NCBI GenBank assembly: GCA_964473825.1
Contig: CAYYQL010000045.1
Location: 1 to 20,262 of the forward strand
DNA from: an uncultured archaeon
GTDB lineage: Archaea > Asgardarchaeota > Thorarchaeia > Thorarchaeales > Thorarchaeaceae
DNA: 20,262 bases
Reading direction: 5' to 3'
How positions within the stretch are numbered: position 1 is the stretch's first letter; each line of letters begins with the position of its first letter. Positions 17,403-20,262 of this stretch are shown here, piece by piece. The notes beneath the pieces are model-generated. The model was not told where the DNA came from, made no database searches, and saw only the letters and a program-made list of their open reading frames with translations. The translations under genes were made by a program, and so were the position numbers.

Positions 17403-18344
17403 ATGGCAAGAACAGCACGAGGTTCAGCACAGGAAAGAGAAAAGAAACAGATATGTTCTGTCTGCGGTAGCGACTCATTCTACGAAGACCCGCGTCGAGG
17501 TGAAAGCATCTGCACCTCATGTGGGTGTGTTGCTGAAGACCACATTATGGACCACGGGCCTGAGTGGAGAGCATTTACTGCTGAAGAACGCAATGCTAGA
17601 GCTCGAACTGGGGCACCTATGACGCTGACGATTGCAGACAAGGGTCTCGCAACGGCCATCAGCTGGAGCAATAGGGACGCAGCAGGCCGATCCATCAAGG
17701 GAAGCCGCAGGGCGGAGATTTACCGGATGCGGAAGTGGCAAATTCGAAGCTGGGCACATGGCTCAAAGCAGACAAATCTACGTCAGGCAATGAGTGAGAT
17801 GGACAGGCTCACCTCTCAACTTGGAGTTCCACGAAAGACCAAAGAAACGGCAGCACATATCTACAGAAAGGCCTTGGACAAACGACTCGTGAGGGGACGA
17901 ACCATCGAGGGCATAGTTGCCGCCTCAATCTATCTCTCGTGCCGCATCCACAGAATTCCGCGACAGCTAGATGAGGTTGTCGGCCAGTCAAAAATCCAGC
18001 GCAGAGAACTGGGCAACTGTGTGAGACTCATTCTGAGGTACGTTGATGTTCACGTACCGCTGCCGTCTGCTAGAGACCTCATCCCCCGAATCTCCTCGGA
18101 TTTGGGTGTTCACGGCAAGACCATCAAGACTGCAACAGACATTATCAGCCAGGCCAGACGTGAGGGTATCACCACCGGTAAGGACCCTGGAGGGATTGCG
18201 GCAGCAGCACTCTACATTGCCGGTATCTTGGAGGATGACCGAAGAACTCAGCGAGAGATTGCTGAGGCCTCCAACGTCACAGAAGTGACCGTGAGGAACC
18301 GGTACAAGGACCTTGTACGTTCACTCGGCATAACAATGAGATAG
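17403..18344 (+). CDS. tfb: Transcription initiation factor IIB (TFB)
   Basis: Zn ribbon CSVC...CTSC, B-reader GPEWRAF, two cyclin repeats, HTH TQREIA...VTEVTVRNRYK. Confidence 0.96.
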   Translation: MARTARGSAQEREKKQICSVCGSDSFYEDPRRGESICTSCGCVAEDHIMDHGPEWRAFTAEERNARARTGAPMTLTIADKGLATAISWSNRDAAGRSIKGSRRAEIYRMRKWQIRSWAHGSKQTNLRQAMSEMDRLTSQLGVPRKTKETAAHIYRKALDKRLVRGRTIEGIVAASIYLSCRIHRIPRQLDEVVGQSKIQRRELGNCVRLILRYVDVHVPLPSARDLIPRISSDLGVHGKTIKTATDIISQARREGITTGKDPGGIAAAALYIAGILEDDRRTQREIAEASNVTEVTVRNRYKDLVRSLGITMR

Positions 18345-18440
18345 GAGAAAGACGGGATCGGTAGTTTCAACTGAGTTGTAGAGAAAGAAAGATACATGGG
18401 ACGAGTATCAACATCGCGTCACACGTATCAGAAACAGCTG

Positions 18441-18749
18441 TTATTTGATGCCTAGTTCTTCCATCTCCTCTTCGACTTCTTTCATCCCTTCGTCGTAGAG
18501 GCCCTTCTCATCGGGAGCAAGATGATAGAGCAATCTGAGGAACTCTCCGGCATGCACTCGTTCTTCATTTGCGATATCAATGAGTACTTCTTGTGCAAGC
18601 TTGTTATCTGTTGATTCCGCCAATTGCATATACAGTTGAATGGCCTCATACTCTGCTGCAATCATGTATCTGATTGCGCGGATGAGTTCTTGGTCTGTGA
18701 GTTTCCTGTCATTAGCAAGTCCTGAAAAAGCGTCTGCATACTCGGGCAT
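18441..18749 (-). CDS. Short ferritin-like protein of the encapsulated-ferritin (EncFtn/Flp) type
   Basis: 102-aa two-helix half-ferritin with AEYEAIQLY and DIANEERVHAGEF, matching my recollection of the Pyrococcus-type EncFtn pattern (AELDAINLY / EEKAHVGEF). Confidence 0.8.
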   Translation of the reverse strand: MPEYADAFSGLANDRKLTDQELIRAIRYMIAAEYEAIQLYMQLAESTDNKLAQEVLIDIANEERVHAGEFLRLLYHLAPDEKGLYDEGMKEVEEEMEELGIK

Positions 18750-18979
18750 TTTCCATCAGCACGATGTCAGTATGAAGGTCTTAAATGCCTTATCAAATGG
18801 AAAACAGAACGCATAGTGATTGTAAGATTACAAATCGGAACTAAAATGGCTTGGTCTTGCCATTTCGCACCGCTTAAAAATGTCCCCGTGGAAGGGTTCA
18901 TGCATCATGAAGGTTTGATAGAAGAAGTCAGACGACTATTCTGTCCAACACGATGCGAACAAATGGACGAATGAACAAC

Positions 18980-19477
18980 ATGGGAAAACGAGGAAGAGAG
19001 ATAGTTAAGTTAGATGTAGATGAACTCATAGGCCTTTTGAACAAGGCGCTCGCCGATGAATGGCTTGCGTACTATCAGTATTGGATAGGAGCGAAGGTCG
19101 CAGTCGGACCCATGAGAGGAGCAGTTGTTGCAGAGCTCATGGAACACGCAAACGATGAACTACGTCACGCAGATATGATAGTCGAGAGAATCATCCAGCT
19201 CGGTGGCGACCCACTGATAACACCAGAGAAGTGGTACGACGAAACCAATTGTGGCTACGAAACCCCGAGCGATCCCTCGGTGAAAGCACTGCTTGACCAG
19301 AACATCAAGGGCGAACAGTGCGCCATCGATGTCTATGACAAACTCCTGAAGGTAACAGAAGGCAAGGACCCCGTTACATACAACATGGTTCTCGAAATAC
19401 TCGAGGATGAGGTCGAGCACGAAGAGGATCTTCAGGCCTTGGTCGAAGACATGATGATTGCCAAGGACCTCTACTAA
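18980..19477 (+). CDS. DPS-like (DPSL, thioferritin) ferritin-family protein
   Basis: ADEWLAYYQYW, DELRHAD...RI.QLGG, Cys pair (NCGY, EQCAI), D.VTY...IL.DEVEHEEDL. ATG 18980 preferred; 18953 and 18971 possible. Confidence 0.88.
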   Translation: MGKRGREIVKLDVDELIGLLNKALADEWLAYYQYWIGAKVAVGPMRGAVVAELMEHANDELRHADMIVERIIQLGGDPLITPEKWYDETNCGYETPSDPSVKALLDQNIKGEQCAIDVYDKLLKVTEGKDPVTYNMVLEILEDEVEHEEDLQALVEDMMIAKDLY

Positions 19478-19494
19478 GAACCCAAATACGTGAA

Positions 19495-19538
19495 ACAGGG
19501 CTCTCACGAGAAGCTCGTGCTAGAGCCCTGTGCTTTTT
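19495..19538 (+). terminator. Long hairpin + T-tract after the DPSL gene
   Basis: ACAGGGCTCT-CACGAG-aag-CTCGTG-ct-AGAGCCCTGT followed by GCTTTTT. Confidence 0.75.
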
Positions 19539-19793
19539 CCTTACCAACTGGCAATGGCAGTAGATAGACACTCTAGCTGTACCATACGAAGGGTAGACCA
19601 ATAGCTAAAGCCGAATCGAACATATAGTAGAAGACAGTCTGGACAATGAGCGGGCTTCAGTACAGCGTCTAAATACTGTGTTTCTGAAGTCTCATCCAAG
19701 GTCATCTCCGGACCTCAAAGAGTTCAACCCAGTGTCATCTCTAGGAGAACAACACTCCTGCATCCAAGACTATCCAACCTACAATGAACTGCA

Positions 19794-20168
19794 CTAGAAG
19801 CTGGTCACGAAATGTGTCTTCACATTAGGCAGATTCAGGTATAACAACGTTATACCACAGATGAAGAGTCCCTCAAGCCAGAATATGGAAAATAGGTACA
19901 GGACTGCACCAATTATGTTTAGCATGACTGCCCAGTTCCAAGACCATTCTTCAAGGTTCCAAAGACCGCGGGCGACCCACAGTGCCGCAGCAGCAACGAG
20001 GAAACCAATAGCAGAGAGCGCATCGCCAGACCATTCCAGTCCCAGAGCGCCCGCTACCAGCCCGAGAATTGCATTCACTACTAGGAGTATTGTCGCAATG
20101 GTGACCTCGAATGGTCTGCCATCCTGACCTCCAGAATCAGCTACAGGTATTTCTGTCATCTTGTACAC
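19794..20168 (-). CDS. Hypothetical membrane protein (3-4 TM)
   Basis: RP...TIA.ILL, GLW....W.W and YL..P.VK..F pattern of small membrane proteins. Start may be ATG 20159. Confidence 0.75.
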   Translation of the reverse strand: MYKMTEIPVADSGGQDGRPFEVTIATILLVVNAILGLVAGALGLEWSGDALSAIGFLVAAAALWVARGLWNLEEWSWNWAVMLNIIGAVLYLFSIFWLEGLFICGITLLYLNLPNVKTHFVTSF

Positions 20169-20262
20169 CTTGCAGACTAAAGAGGAGAAACACCTAATCT
20201 CTCTTTTGGATTCTTATGAACTATTGGAACTCGTAGTCCAGAGGAGCCTTGGTGCACACAAG

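Overview
A gene-dense archaeal chromosomal window. It carries TFB, TATA-box promoters and a minimal SufC/SufBD (SMS-type) pair; an Asgard/Thorarchaeia-like origin is my unverified impression. I see no mobile element, CRISPR array, tRNA or rRNA. Housekeeping genes: the 3' end of nth, a GT4 glycosyltransferase, serS, a single-chain transketolase, an SDR, a GNAT and tfb. Iron/redox genes are unusually dense: smsCB, a C_GCAxxG_C_C protein, a rubrerythrin-like protein, superoxide reductase, an EncFtn-like mini-ferritin and a DPSL thioferritin. The best candidate for an undescribed system is 7864-10058. There a threonine-synthase-fold protein has lost its PLP Schiff-base lysine (NPTGSFKDRG to NPTGSFLDRG) and is fused to a C-terminal PadR winged helix. 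It is transcribed divergently from an ECF vitamin-transporter S component, across a 95-bp spacer holding two related TA-rich palindromes. I read this as a probable pseudoenzyme-sensor transcription factor, possibly for vitamin B6. Other leads: a repeat-bracketed putative sRNA locus after sor, a SufC with an internal 5-Cys insert in place of C-terminal Cys, and an uncharacterised U32-like barrel protein.
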